64,000 bases of DNA from Carcharhinus amblyrhynchos. Its lineage: Eukaryota. The notes beneath the pieces are model-generated. The model ran no database searches and had not been told where the DNA came from. It saw nothing but the letters and a program-made list of their open reading frames with translations. Where the stretch lies: contig OZ336888.1 of NCBI GenBank assembly GCA_965287045.1, forward strand, positions 30,132,001 to 30,196,000, read 5' to 3'. Below, in pieces: positions 1 to 11,139 of the stretch. Every line of letters begins with the position of its first letter. The stretch's first letter is position 1. A program made the translations under genes and the position numbers.

Positions 1-1722
1 AGATCTATAAAGCTGCTGGTCCTGCACTTATCGAGAAGCTCACCAAGTTGTTCCAGTCCTTTTGGAAGCGAGAATTCATTCATCAGGAACTTAAGGATGC
101 TTCCTTCGCACACCTCTACAAGAGGAAGGGCAATCGGCAAGTATGCGACAACCACTGAGAAATCTTGCTGCTCTCCATCACAGGAAAAACCCTTGCAAGA
201 GTCCTGCTATATCGTCTGGTCACTCATCTGGAGCTGGGTCTGCTTCCAGAGTCACAGTGTGGCTTCCACAAAGGTCATGGGACTACTGATATGATTTTTG
301 CTGCGCGCCAACTTCAGGAGAAGTGTCAGGAGCAGAATTGCGAGCTCTACACAACCTTTGTTGACCTTGCGAAAGCCTTTGATACTGTAAGCCGACAAGG
401 CCTGTGGAGGGTCATGTCAAAGTTCGGCTGCCCCCCCAAATTCATTCAGATGGTACACCAGTTCCATGATGGCATGATGGCCAGAGTACTGGATGGCAGA
501 GAATCCTCTGAGGCATTCCCAGTCACCAATGGCGTCAAACAGGGTGTGTGCTTGCACCCACACTGTTCAGCATGATGTTTACTGCCATGCTGAACAATGC
601 CTTCCAGGACAGTGTTGCTGGAATCAGCTTCAAGTACAGAGTGGACGGGAAGCTTTTCAACCTGAGGAGACTTCAAGCTATTACCAAAGTGGAAGAGATT
701 GTTCTGAGAGATTTCCTCTTCGCCGATGACTGCACCCTGTATACTGGGTCAGAGCCAGGGATGCAAGTCAATATGGACAAATTTTCCACGGCTTGTGACA
801 ACTTTGGACTCACCATCAACATTAAAAAGACCGAAGTCATGCACCAGCCTGCTCTTCATGCACTGTACACAGAACTCATAATCACAATCAAATGGCAGAA
901 ACTACAGGCAGTGGACCAGTTCATTTATCTTGACAGCACCATCTCCCACGCAGTGACTATTGATGCAGAAGTTAACTGCAGAATAGCAAAGGCAAGTTCT
1001 GCTTTTGGTAGACTGTGCTCCACTGTATGGGAACATCGAGGAATCAGCCCAGCAATAAAACAGCGTCTACAGCACAGTGGTACTCACTACCCTCCTGTAC
1101 GCCTGTGAAACATGGACTGTGTATCGAAGGCATGCAAGACAACTCAATCATTTCCACATAATTTGTCTTCACAGAATATTACGCATCCGATGGCAAGACA
1201 AAGTACCAAATACTGAAGTTCTCTCTAGAGCAAGTCTACCATCAGTCCACACACTGCTGATGAGAGCGCAGACCCCGTGGGCAGGTCATGTCATCCGTAT
1301 TTCAGACGAGCGCATATCCAAGCAGCTCCTTTTTGGGGAACTCTCTGCTGGAAAACGCTTGCATGGAGGGCAGAAGAAATGTTTCAAAGACACACTCAAA
1401 GCCTCCCTGAAGTCGCTTGACATTGAAACGACCACCTGGGAAACGCTGGCACAAAACTGCCCTACCTGGCGCTGCCCCATCCATAAAGGCTGTCAAGCTC
1501 ACGAAGCAAGGTGTATTGCTGAGGCACAACTTAAGCGTGAGCTGTGCAAGTCCAGAACCACCAGCGTAACAACTACAGTGTCTACACAAGTCTGTCCAGT
1601 ATGTGCCAGGACATTCCGTGCCTGAATTGGCCTGATCAGTCATCTTCAGACACCCCGCAACCAGCCTCAAAATGACTAATGGTGTCGAGGTCCTCACCGA
1701 TGACGATGGACGAACAACAACT
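1..1722 (+). mobile_element. RTE-clade non-LTR retrotransposon, 3' part of ORF2 (frameshifted RT) and 3' end
   Basis: Motifs PESQCGF, FVDLAKAFDTV, GVKQG, LFADD, GKLFNLRRL, LLYACETW, C-terminal CPVC..F...HL zinc finger, (ACA)n-like tail at about 1713-1722. Confidence 0.92.
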
Positions 1723-1727
1723 GTATG

Positions 1728-1975
1728 CAAAAGATCCCATGGGATCATTTTGAAAAGTATTGATGTTCTCCCTGGTCAATACTCATCCAACAAATAACAT
1801 CACTAAAACAAGTTATCTAATAACTACTAGATTACCATTTTGTGGGGATTTACATGTGTGACTTGACAGCGATGTTTCCTTCATTACAATAATAGCTACT
1901 CTTTTAAAAAGTGCTTTATTTTCTGTGAAGCATTTTGGGGTATCCAAAGGTCATGGATAAATGCATGTCTTCCTT
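1728..1975 (+). mobile_element. Old DeuSINE (SacSINE1/AmnSINE-related) 3' half
   Basis: aaaagatcccatgg...ctggtcaata...aacatcactaaaaca...gtttccttcattacaa...taaatgcatgtcttcctt resembles the Deu domain and tail. Confidence 0.65.
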
Positions 1976-2043
1976 TACGCAGAACGTAATTCTTCTTCAA
2001 ATATGAACAAACATGAATATTGAAAACTGGCGAATAAACTCAC

Positions 2044-2179
2044 TGATGCTTTTAAATGTTCCCCAGCCTATGTTGTTGCATCCACGAAGGCTTAAATGGA
2101 TCACAAAAGTGCGGTAGTTGCGCAGAATATTTGCTACGTCGGTGTCCTGGACTCGTTTTCTGACTGGGAAAAAATTTAC
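2044..2179 (-). CDS. FBXL13: FBXL13 coding exon, first LRR (VNFFPVRKRVQDTDVANILRNYRTFVIHLSLRGCNNIGWGTFKSI)
   Basis: tttctttccag / gtgagt, 136 nt. LSLRGC is a cysteine-containing LRR motif and follows the F-box exon in frame. Confidence 0.9.
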
Positions 2180-2514
2180 CTGGAAAGAAAAGTTTCAGAA
2201 TGAAGACACAGTAAATTTGTAAGTAATCATAAAGATAATCAAGTTTTTATACAATAACAATCTGGAATGAATCTTTCATATCAAAGCATGAGTTAATTTA
2301 ATTTTTGAAATACAGGTAAATTTCATGTATGAAAACCTAGCAGTCAGTCGGCAGCAGAAAATGTGATAAACAATCTCTTTTTAGGTTGAATAAAAGTTAA
2401 CAAAGGAATATTCAGCAGAGAGTGCAAGAACTCACTACCCTTCATTGATCATCTATCTTTTTTGGACACTAACAAGATGATCCTCCTCTGAGGTCCAAAG
2501 ATACTGACTTATCC

Positions 2515-2725
2515 TTCAGTGCTGAAGGAGGCCAATTGGCCCATCAAGTCTATACCGATTGTCCAACAACCCACCCAGGCCGTATCCCCATAACCCCACA
2601 TATTTTACCCACTAATCCCTCTAACCTACATATCTTGGAACACTAAGAGGCAGTTTAGTATGGCTAATCCACTGAAGCTGCACATCTTTGGACTGGGAGG
2701 AAACTGAAGCACCCAGAAGAACACA
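2515..2725 (-). mobile_element. HE1-type SINE fragment
   Basis: cacatctttggactg..ggaggaaac and ccacccaggccc motifs in reverse orientation. Confidence 0.75.
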
Positions 2726-2974
2726 TCGATAATGTCACTGTCAAATCATGTGGTTCTTAAATCAATCATGCAACCACTTAACTGTTCAATAATATCCTAT
2801 ATGTATTCTTAACTACCTTATCCAACTATCCTGCTGCCTGCAGAGATTTTGCACCCCAAGGTCACTGTAGGCATGCACGCCAAGGTCACCCTGATCTTCT
2901 GTATTTCCACGTGGCCTACCGTTCATTGTGTATTTTCTTGCCTTGTTAGTCCTCCCAAAATGCATTACCAGTCA

Positions 2975-4690
2975 CATTTAGTACTGAAAACTTGTGCCCC
3001 AGAATTCACTGCGCCGCTAGCCAAGGTATTCCAGTACAGTTACAACACTGGCATCTTCCCAGTAATGTGGAAAACTGCCCAGGTATGATCTATACACGAA
3101 AAACAGGACAAATCCAACCCAATCAATTATTGCCCCACCAGTCTACTCTTGATCATCATCAATGTGATGGAAGGAGTCATCAACAGCTTTATCAGTTGGC
3201 ACTTAAGTAGCAATAGCCTACTTCCTGGTGCTCGTTTTGGGCTACACGAGGGCCACTCAATTCCTGATCTCATTACAGACTTGATTCAAATACAGACAAA
3301 AGAGTTGAATTCTAAGGGTAAAGTAACAGTAACTGCTCTTGACATCAAGACAGCATTTGATCAAGTAAGAGACCAAGGAGCCCTAGCAAAACTGGAGTCA
3401 ATGGGAATCAGGGGAAACATTCTGCAAGAGCCAATTATCTCAGTTGCTTCATCAATGATCTTCCTTCCATCATAAGGTCAAAAGAGATGTTCACTAATAG
3501 TTGCACAACCTTCGGCATCATTTGACTCCTGAGGTATTGAAGTACGCTATATCCAAAAGCAGCAAGACCTGGACAATATGCATGCTTGGGCTGACAAGGG
3601 CCATTTAACATTCATGCCACACAACTCCAACAAGAGAGGAACTTCACATTCCACCATTACCCTTCACATTCAATGGTATTACTATCACTGAACATTCCAC
3701 CACCCTCTCCCCACCCCACACTCCCCCACCCCCACTATGAACATTCTAGTGGTTACCATTGACCAGAAACTGAACTAGACTAGCCACATAAATACTGTGG
3801 CTACAAGGTAAGTTAGAGTCTATGAATCCTACAGTGAGCAAATCACCACCTGACTTTCCATTAGCCTGTGCACCATCTACAAGATACAAGTCAGGACTGT
3901 GATGGAATGCTCTTCATTTGCCTGGATGTGTACAGCTCCAACAACACTCAGAACGTCAACGCCATCCAAAACAAAGCAGCCCGCATGATTGACTAAGTGG
4001 CACAGTGGTTAGAACTGCTGCCTCACAGTGCCAGGCCATAGGTTCATTTCCGGTCTTGGGTGACTGTGTGGAGTTTGTATGTTCTCCCCATATCTGCGCA
4101 GATTTTCTCTGACTGTTTGGTCTTGGGTTGACCATGTTAAATTGCCCCTTAGTGTCTAAAGTTGTGTAGGTTAAGTGTATTAGCCACAATAAATGCAAAG
4201 GGTTATGGGGATAGGTCAGGATGGGGCAAGCCTCTTCAGTGCAGACTTGATGGGCCAAATGACTTCCCTCTGCACTGTACAGATTCTATGATTCCCTTCC
4301 ATAAACATTCATTCTCTCCATTACTGATGAACAGTAACAGCAAAGTGTACACCTACAAGGTGCACCGCAGGAATTCACCAAGACTCCTTAGGCAGCACCT
4401 GCCAAACTCATGACCTAGGACAAAGATGGCAAAGACATGGGAACACTACGAACAGGATGTTCCATCCAAGTCACTTACCATCCTGCTTTGGAAATAAATC
4501 ACCATTCCTTCACTGTTGCTGGATCAAAATCCTGGAACTCCTTTCTTAACAGCACAGTGGAAATATCTGCGCCACAGAGATTGCAGTGGTTCAAGAAAGC
4601 AACTCATCACCAACTTCTCAAGAGCAATTAGGGATGGGCAATAAATGCTAACCTAACCAGTGACGGCCACATCCCATCGATGAACAGAAC
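2975..4690 (+). mobile_element. Degraded CR1-like LINE 3' portion, interrupted by a SINE
   Basis: LKTCAPE..APLAK.FQYSYNTG, ALDIKTAFDQV, 3' UTR gcaattagggatgggcaataaatgc. Confidence 0.85.
3997..4294 (+). mobile_element. HE1-type tRNA-derived SINE
   Basis: gtggcacagtggttag A-box, ggttc B-box region, gattctatg tail. Confidence 0.85.
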
Positions 4691-4753
4691 ATTAATCATG
4701 TATAATTTTTATTTTCACAGCAACCATACCAACTTCTCAATCACTAAACATAC

Positions 4754-4849
4754 CTTGCTCCAGAGAGAACTTGTCTGTGCAACCACTTTCCAGAACTGAC
4801 AAACTTGTGCACATCTCACCAGATCCCTAACATCAAGATAGCTGAAAAC
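4754..4849 (-). CDS. FBXL13: FBXL13 coding exon, F-box core (VFSYLDVRDLVRCAQVCQFWKVVAQTSSLWSK)
   Basis: catttttag / gtatgt, 96 nt, matches F-box consensus IFSYL...DL..C..VC..W......LW. Confidence 0.93.
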
Positions 4850-6315
4850 CTAAAAATGAGGAAATGTTTAGAAAATCGTTATTGAATCACAATTGCAGTA
4901 CATTTAACTGTTAAATTAACTTTGCAATCATCAGCATGTGTTTTCCGGTCCATCAATATCAAGCCTAAGAAATTGTTTGACAAAGCAAGTTAAAAATCTC
5001 CTTGATCTCTTGTCTCCATTTCTGATAATAGACTGGTCACCAGTATTTATCATAATTCCATTGACTCTCACAGCTATAACTCCTCCCATACTGCTTCCTG
5101 TAAGGGCTCCATCCCATTTTCCTGGCCCCTATTCCAAAGCTGCCACCTTGAAAATGGCACTTCTTGCATGTTCAAGATTTCCCCTCTTCTGCTGCTGACA
5201 GGGTATTAAACTGGTTCAGACCCATTTCTCACACTTGTACCCTCACCCCTTCCTTTCCCTCCCAGAACCATGAGAAGGTGCCCTCGTCCTCCCCTTTTGA
5301 TCCCACCAGCCTTCACATTCAAACGATCATTCTTCAGCATCTCTGCCAACGTCAGCATGATGCCATCATGAAACACATCCATCAGCATTCAGCAGGGACT
5401 GCTCCCTCAGTGACACCCTGGTCCCCTCCTCCATCACCCCTCACTCCTCATATCCTTCCCAAGTCACCTTTCTTTGCAATTGCAGAAGGTGTAACACCTG
5501 CCCTTTTAACTTCTCATTCCTCACTATTAAGGCCTCAACCACACCTTTTAGAGGAAGCAACATTTCCCTATCACTTCCTTCAGTTTGGTCTATAATATTA
5601 ATTGCTCCAAATGCAGTCTTCTTCACTGGGGAGACTAAATGCAGATGAGTGACTGCTCTGCAGAACACCTTTGCTCAATTTGCAATCATGACCCTGTTGC
5701 ATGCCACTTCAACTCAGCATCATTCCTACATGTCCATCCTTGGCCTGTTGCAAGCTCCAGTGAGGTCCCAAGCAACTTGGAGGAGCAGCACTTCATCTTC
5801 CAATTAGGTATATTACAGCCCTTGAGATTCAACACTGAGTTCAGTAACTTTAGACTATGATCTATTTCCTTTGTCTTGACCTTTTATTTTAATCCAATTT
5901 TTTTTCCCCACACAACACCACTAGCCCCTCCCCCCATACTGGGCCATCTGCCACTTGTTCTTAAGTTTTCCTTTCATTGAGCACTAACCTTTGTTATCCT
6001 GTAGACACATTCTACTTTCTTACCTTGATGCCACTGTCAGCACCTTCTATAGTCCTTCACATTGCCATTAACACTTCCTCCATCTTGTCCCCAACATATC
6101 TTTGTTGCTATCCTTCCCAGCTCTCAACTATCACTGACTTCTACCTTCCTCCATCTACTCCATCTCCTTTTATACACTATATAATCTTTCACATTCCTCT
6201 TTCTCTTTAGCTCTGAAGAAGTCGTATGGACTTGAAATTATAACTCTGTTTCTGTCTCTGCTGTAAGAAGTCTCACAACACCAGATTAGAGTCCAACTAG
6301 TTTATTTGATAGTAA

Positions 6316-6359
6316 TCTCACAAGCTTTCGGAAATGGTGTTCCTTCGTCAGGTGTGTGG
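6316..6359 (-). ncRNA. Minimal type I hammerhead ribozyme motif, mirror copy (sense to FBXL13)
   Basis: Exact reverse complement of the 6965-7008 core. Confidence 0.75.
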
Positions 6360-6964
6360 AAGGTTCTGATCAGAGAAGGGCATATAAAGTCACACACAGT
6401 TTACAGAATACTGATTAGAATGCAAGTCTTTACAGCTAACCTGCTATTCAAGTCATAAAGATGCAGACAACGTGAGTGGAGATAGCATTAGCATAGGTTA
6501 AAGAGATGTGTATTGTCTCCAGACAGGATAGTAAGTGAGATTTTACAAGCCCAAGCAAGTCATGGGGGTTTACAGATAGTGCAGCATGAACCCAAGATCC
6601 CGGTTGAAGCCATCCTATGCATGCAGAACTTGGCTATCAGTCTCTGCTCAGCGACTCTGCGCTGTCGTGTGGTCGGTGAGCAGAGACTGATAGCCAAGTT
6701 CCGCACAAGAGGACAGTCTCAACTGGGATCTTGGGTTCATGTCGCACTACCTGTAACCCCCATGACTTGCCTGGCTTGTAAAATCTTACTTACTGTCCTA
6801 TCTGGAGACAATACACATCTCTTCAACCTATGCTAATGCTATCTCCACTCACAATGTCTGCATCTTTATGACTTGAATAGCAGGTTAGCTGTAAAGACTT
6901 GCATTCTAATCAGTATTCTGTAAACTGTGTGTGACTTTATATGCCCTTCTCTGATCAGGACCTC

Positions 6965-7008
6965 CCACACACCTGACGAAGGAACACCATTTCCGAAAGC
7001 TTGTGAGA
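6965..7008 (+). ncRNA. Minimal type I hammerhead ribozyme motif (PLE-type)
   Basis: cacac-CUGACGA-aggaacaccauuucc-GAAA-gcuu-gug: catalytic boxes, stem II ggaa/uucc, palindromic stem III AAGCUU, stem I cac/gug. Confidence 0.75.
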
Positions 7009-7475
7009 TTACTATCAAATAAACTGGTTGGACTCTAACCTGGTGTTGTGAGACTTCTTACTGCATTTACCTGAGTCCAACGCCGGCATTTCTACATATG
7101 TCTGTTTCTGCTGCCAGATCAGCTGAGTTTTTCCAGAATTTTCTGTTTCTAATTCAGATTTCCAGCATGCGCATGCAAGGTTATATAAACTCTCTAGTTA
7201 TGTTTACCATACCACCAAGTAATAGCTGAATTAGAACTTGTATCCAAATCAGGATTTTGAAAAAAATCTACTTTACCTAAATATAATCTATTTAGAGTGG
7301 GGGTGTTTACCATGCTCAAATTTCACATGTACTAGATAAAGTAATCCTGAAGTTCAAAACAGCTTTTAAATACCTTCAATTTGAATATAGGATTTTGACG
7401 TTGAAACAAAACTGTTCCTAAACCAAATTATATTCCCAGAATCTTATCATTTGCAAGAATTATACGATCCTTTTA

Positions 7476-7655
7476 TAGAATCTCTACAAAGAAGACCATT
7501 CGGCCCATTGAGTCTGCACTGACCACAATCCCATCCAGACCCTATTATCGCAATTCCACATATTTACCCTGCTAATCCCCTGACACTAGGGTCAATTTAG
7601 CATGGCCAATCAACCTAACCAGCACATCTTTGGACTGTGAGAGGAAACCGGATCA
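7476..7655 (-). mobile_element. HE1-type SINE 3' fragment
   Basis: atagaatc..tacа-type tail, tttagcatggccaatcaacctaacc..cacatctttggactgtg. Confidence 0.75.
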
Positions 7656-8034
7656 ACTGTGAATATAATACTAGCTTTTCCAACCTCCAGCTATTGTTTA
7701 TTGATATTCTGGTGTGCTAGGGGCAATATATGTGCAGTCAAGGATTCATTGGACACAAAGAAAGCTAACCATTGCTGCAAATCCCCATGATCTCTTGTTT
7801 TGACTGTTAAGGTCAATGGGCAGTATGTACCGGCTAGCCCTAGGAATAGGGAATTTGTGACTGTTTAATACTGATTTGTAGAGATAAGGGAGATTTCTCA
7901 TGTAGCAGACTGGAAGGAGCCAAAGGCAAAGAGAACCAGGCCTATTAAGGTTGTTGTTCCTCTTCTTCCAACAGTTCCCACATCAAATTAAACCACCAAC
8001 AATGTCACCCATGGTAAATATTGCTTCAGTGGCT

Positions 8035-9185
8035 CTGTGAGACTAATCCTGCCAGTTTCTGCTGGTGGTTGGGGGTACTGGGTAATAAATCCGTGGGTTT
8101 GTATTAAGGTTCATCTGAGGTCCTTTACTTCTGACTCTTTAAAAGTTGGCTGCATTTTAATGAGGTTTTACGATCCTTAAAGTAGGAAGAAAGCTACGCT
8201 GCTCCTAAGCAACAAGCATTTAACTAATCAGTTTTAATTTAGTTGGAAACAGCATTCCGGAAAGTGCCGCAAAACATAGGACATGCAAAGAGGAAGAAAG
8301 CAAGTCTCAAATTAAAGAAGATTCCAAAAACCAGGGAGCAGCAGGAAAAATCCCCAAGAAGAAAGCTGGGGCAAGGTACAAGGACAGGGCTCATACTGGG
8401 GAATAGAGGCAGAGGCTACAAGTTCAAAGAAAAAGCTTCTTGGTGCAGGCCTGGAATAATGTGGGCTTGCAAAAAACCAGGAGATCAGTGGAGACACCAA
8501 AGGTTGGTGATTCTGTACTACAGGCCTGAATAGCAGTGGTGTTATATAGGTACGGATAGTATCAGAGAAATTAGCAGGCTAAGCTTGAAAGCACGTGGCA
8601 GAGTATCATCAGAACGAGAGGCTGAACTCCCGGAGCTGGATTCCTGGTGAAGACATCTCAAAGAAAGCATAATTTGGGAGAAGATTCCAACGTGTGTTCT
8701 TTGAACCAATTTGTCTCACAGAAAATCAATTGTTCACACAAGAATTTCCAATCTCTTCTCAAAGTGTGACAAGCACCGAGCTGGGCTGCAGGTGAAGAAA
8801 AATATTCAGAAATTGTTTTGAATGGCACTTGTCTTTTGCTTTCAGAATGTAGTATGTCTGACTGCAGTTCTCTTATTGGTTTACATGAATTGTGTACTTT
8901 CTGTGAATGTTAGCATATGAGATGGATTTGTAATTTGTGTAATTCTTATGGATCTATAGATATTTCTAAAGGTATGTTGTGGGCGCAGGAGTAGTGTATA
9001 CTGTTCATATTTTGTTTAATAAAATGTTTTATTCTTTTGTTAAAAGCTCATTAACAATCTTTACGACTCTGTTTAGTCGTTAACCTCCACATTTTTGAAC
9101 AAAAAACAAAAGTTAGGATCCATCAAGCTGGGCTCCACCCTAGGATCTGACTTGTCCAGTAGTAGCATCAGCTGGGATCATAACA
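8035..9185 (+). mobile_element. Probable solo LTR
   Basis: TG...CA ends (tgtgagac...cataaca), AATAAA at about 9018, no coding motifs, TSD not evident. Confidence 0.5.
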
Positions 9186-9214
9186 CTTTGCAGACAGATC
9201 GTTTTCATTGGCCA

Positions 9215-9645
9215 AAGTTTCCCATTTCTCAGTTAATGCTTCTGCACTGACTTCTTGTAGAATGCTACAGTGAAATTGCTCTGCCGCTTCTACCACATGC
9301 TCTTCCTCCTGTTTATCACTGGAGGGGTTCTTCCACTTCCCACTTCTCAGTATATGTGCTGTGCCACCTCCTCCCTGAATGCTCCAGTGAAGTCTCTCTG
9401 CTGCCCCTATCAGATGCTCTTCCTCCCATTTATCACTGGAGGGGTTCTTCGCTTCCCACTTCTCAGATGTTGCTGCACTGACTTCTCTCACAATTCTCTA
9501 GCAAAGTCCCTTTGCCACCTCAACCAGAAGTTCTTCTTCCCGTTTATCACTGGAGGGCTTCTTCTGCTTCCCACTTCTCAGTAGATATTGCTGCGCTGAC
9601 TTCTCCCAGAATGTTCCAATTAAGTCCCTCTGCCACCTCTACCAT
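9215..9645. repeat. Degenerate tandem repeat, about 3.7 units of 114-117 bp
   Basis: tttatcactggagg at about 9312, 9429, 9543; ttccca(c/t)ttctcag at about 9219, 9337, 9454, 9568. Confidence 0.85.
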
Positions 9646-9789
9646 AATGAACGAAATCCAAAAGGCACAAATATCAGGTGAGATTGTGGTAAAATTAGGG
9701 AATACCCCAAAAATGTATGGCCTAAATACTTTCCAAGTCATCTAATCCTGAAATAGTACTTCAAACAATTAAGACACCTCAGAGTCATA

Positions 9790-9893
9790 GATCCAAAAGA
9801 GAAAAGGCTGGCAAATCTCAGCAGGTCTGGCAGCATCCGTAAGGAGAGAAAAGAGCTGATGCTTCGAATTCAGATGACCCTTTGTCAAAGCTC
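9790..9893 (-). mobile_element. PLE pLTR fragment with degenerate hammerhead
   Basis: Reverse complement ttgacaaagggtcatctgaattcgaa...gatgctgccagacctgctgag matches the pLTR pieces at 40900 and 49010. Confidence 0.6.
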
Positions 9894-10135
9894 AAAATGA
9901 GCTTCGGATGAGTAATGTCATGGATGACTTGGACTGCAAAATTTCAACTGGTGGCCTGGGATTCCACATGACCTGTGCAATCCATTGCCAGCAGCAAAGA
10001 AAACCAATCATGGTATCCACAATACCATCCAGGCTGTGGGAACATCTCAGAATGCATTTTTGCACTCAAAGAAAAAGACATTCTTCGTATTTGTTGACGA
10101 CTATTCTGGATGGATTGAGGTCAAATGTCTTCATA

Positions 10136-11108
10136 AGACCATCAGACATAGGAGCAGAATTAGGCTGCCTGGCCCATCGAGTTTGCTCTGCCATTCAATC
10201 ATGGCTGATATTTTTCTCAACTCCATTTTCCTGTCTTTTCCCCATAACCCCGATCCCCTTATTAATCAAGAACCTATCTATTTCTGTCTTAAAGATACTC
10301 AATGATCTGGCCTCCACAGCCTTCTGTAGCAGAGCTCTACAAATTCACCACTCCCTAGCTTAAAAAATTCCTTCTCATCTGTTTTATAGGATCGTCCTTT
10401 TAGCCTGAGGTTGTGCCCTCTGATTTTAGCTTTTCTTACTAGTGGAAACATCCTCTCCACATCCACTCTATCCATACCTCACAGTACCTTGTAAGTTTCA
10501 ATAAGATCCCTCTCATTCTTCTAAACTCCAACGAGTACAGACCCAGAGTCCTCAATCGTTCTTCATATGACAAGCTCTTCATTCCAGGGATCATTTTTGT
10601 GAACCTCCTCTGGGCCCTTTCCAAGGCCAGAAAGTTCGCATTTGGGAAATTTCTCCATTTAGAAAATAGTCAATGGACCCTATTTTGCATTACACCCAAA
10701 GTCGGCTGTGAGGCCATTAACATGATCTGCGCCCATGTCTGCGCAGACGGCCACTTTACCTGCATGCATTTAAATTGAATTAATGAAGTGTTCACTCAAT
10801 TTTATCATCATTTCTCCCTTTACCACTGCGTTCATCGATCCAGCATCGCACCAAAATGAACATGCTGAATAGAAGTCTAAATTGGGAGCTCCAGCTGCCA
10901 AAGGTGGGTTCAGAGCTTCCAACAGCTCTCTGACTCAGACTGGGGGGGGGGTTGGATCATTCTCTGATTAGGGGGGAGAGGGGGAGGCGGATCAGATGTA
11001 ACTCTGGTGGGGAGGGGGAAGGGAGGACCAATCGTTGTCTGGTTTGGTTGGGGGGGGGGCGGTGATCATTGCCTGATCGGGAGGTGGGGAGAGGACCGAT
11101 CATTGTCT

Positions 11109-11139
<31 letters not shown>

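Larger units (their letters stand above)
6264..7100. mobile_element. Penelope-like foldback insertion: about 390-bp inverted arms, 40-nt 3' tail, 13-bp TSD
   Basis: 6264-6654 is the reverse complement of 6673-7060. GIY-YIG C-terminal EQRLIAKFRT motif present. TSD tctgtctctgctg (6251-6263) / tctgtttctgctg (7101-7113). Confidence 0.9.
5040..7170 (+). mobile_element. Old Penelope-like element (RT C-terminus, GIY-YIG, pLTR), split by a younger PLE at 6264-7100
   Basis: Decayed SSH.ASCK.SIP and TGETK.R..D..AEHL motifs. Degenerate hammerhead ctgaagaa..gaaa at about 6212-6240. pLTR tail gctgagtttttccag..tcagatttccagc resumes at 7114. Confidence 0.8.

Noticed and set aside
9215-9645. CRISPR-like array
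   Set aside because: Whole units are homologous with no unique spacers, the context is eukaryotic, and there are no cas genes
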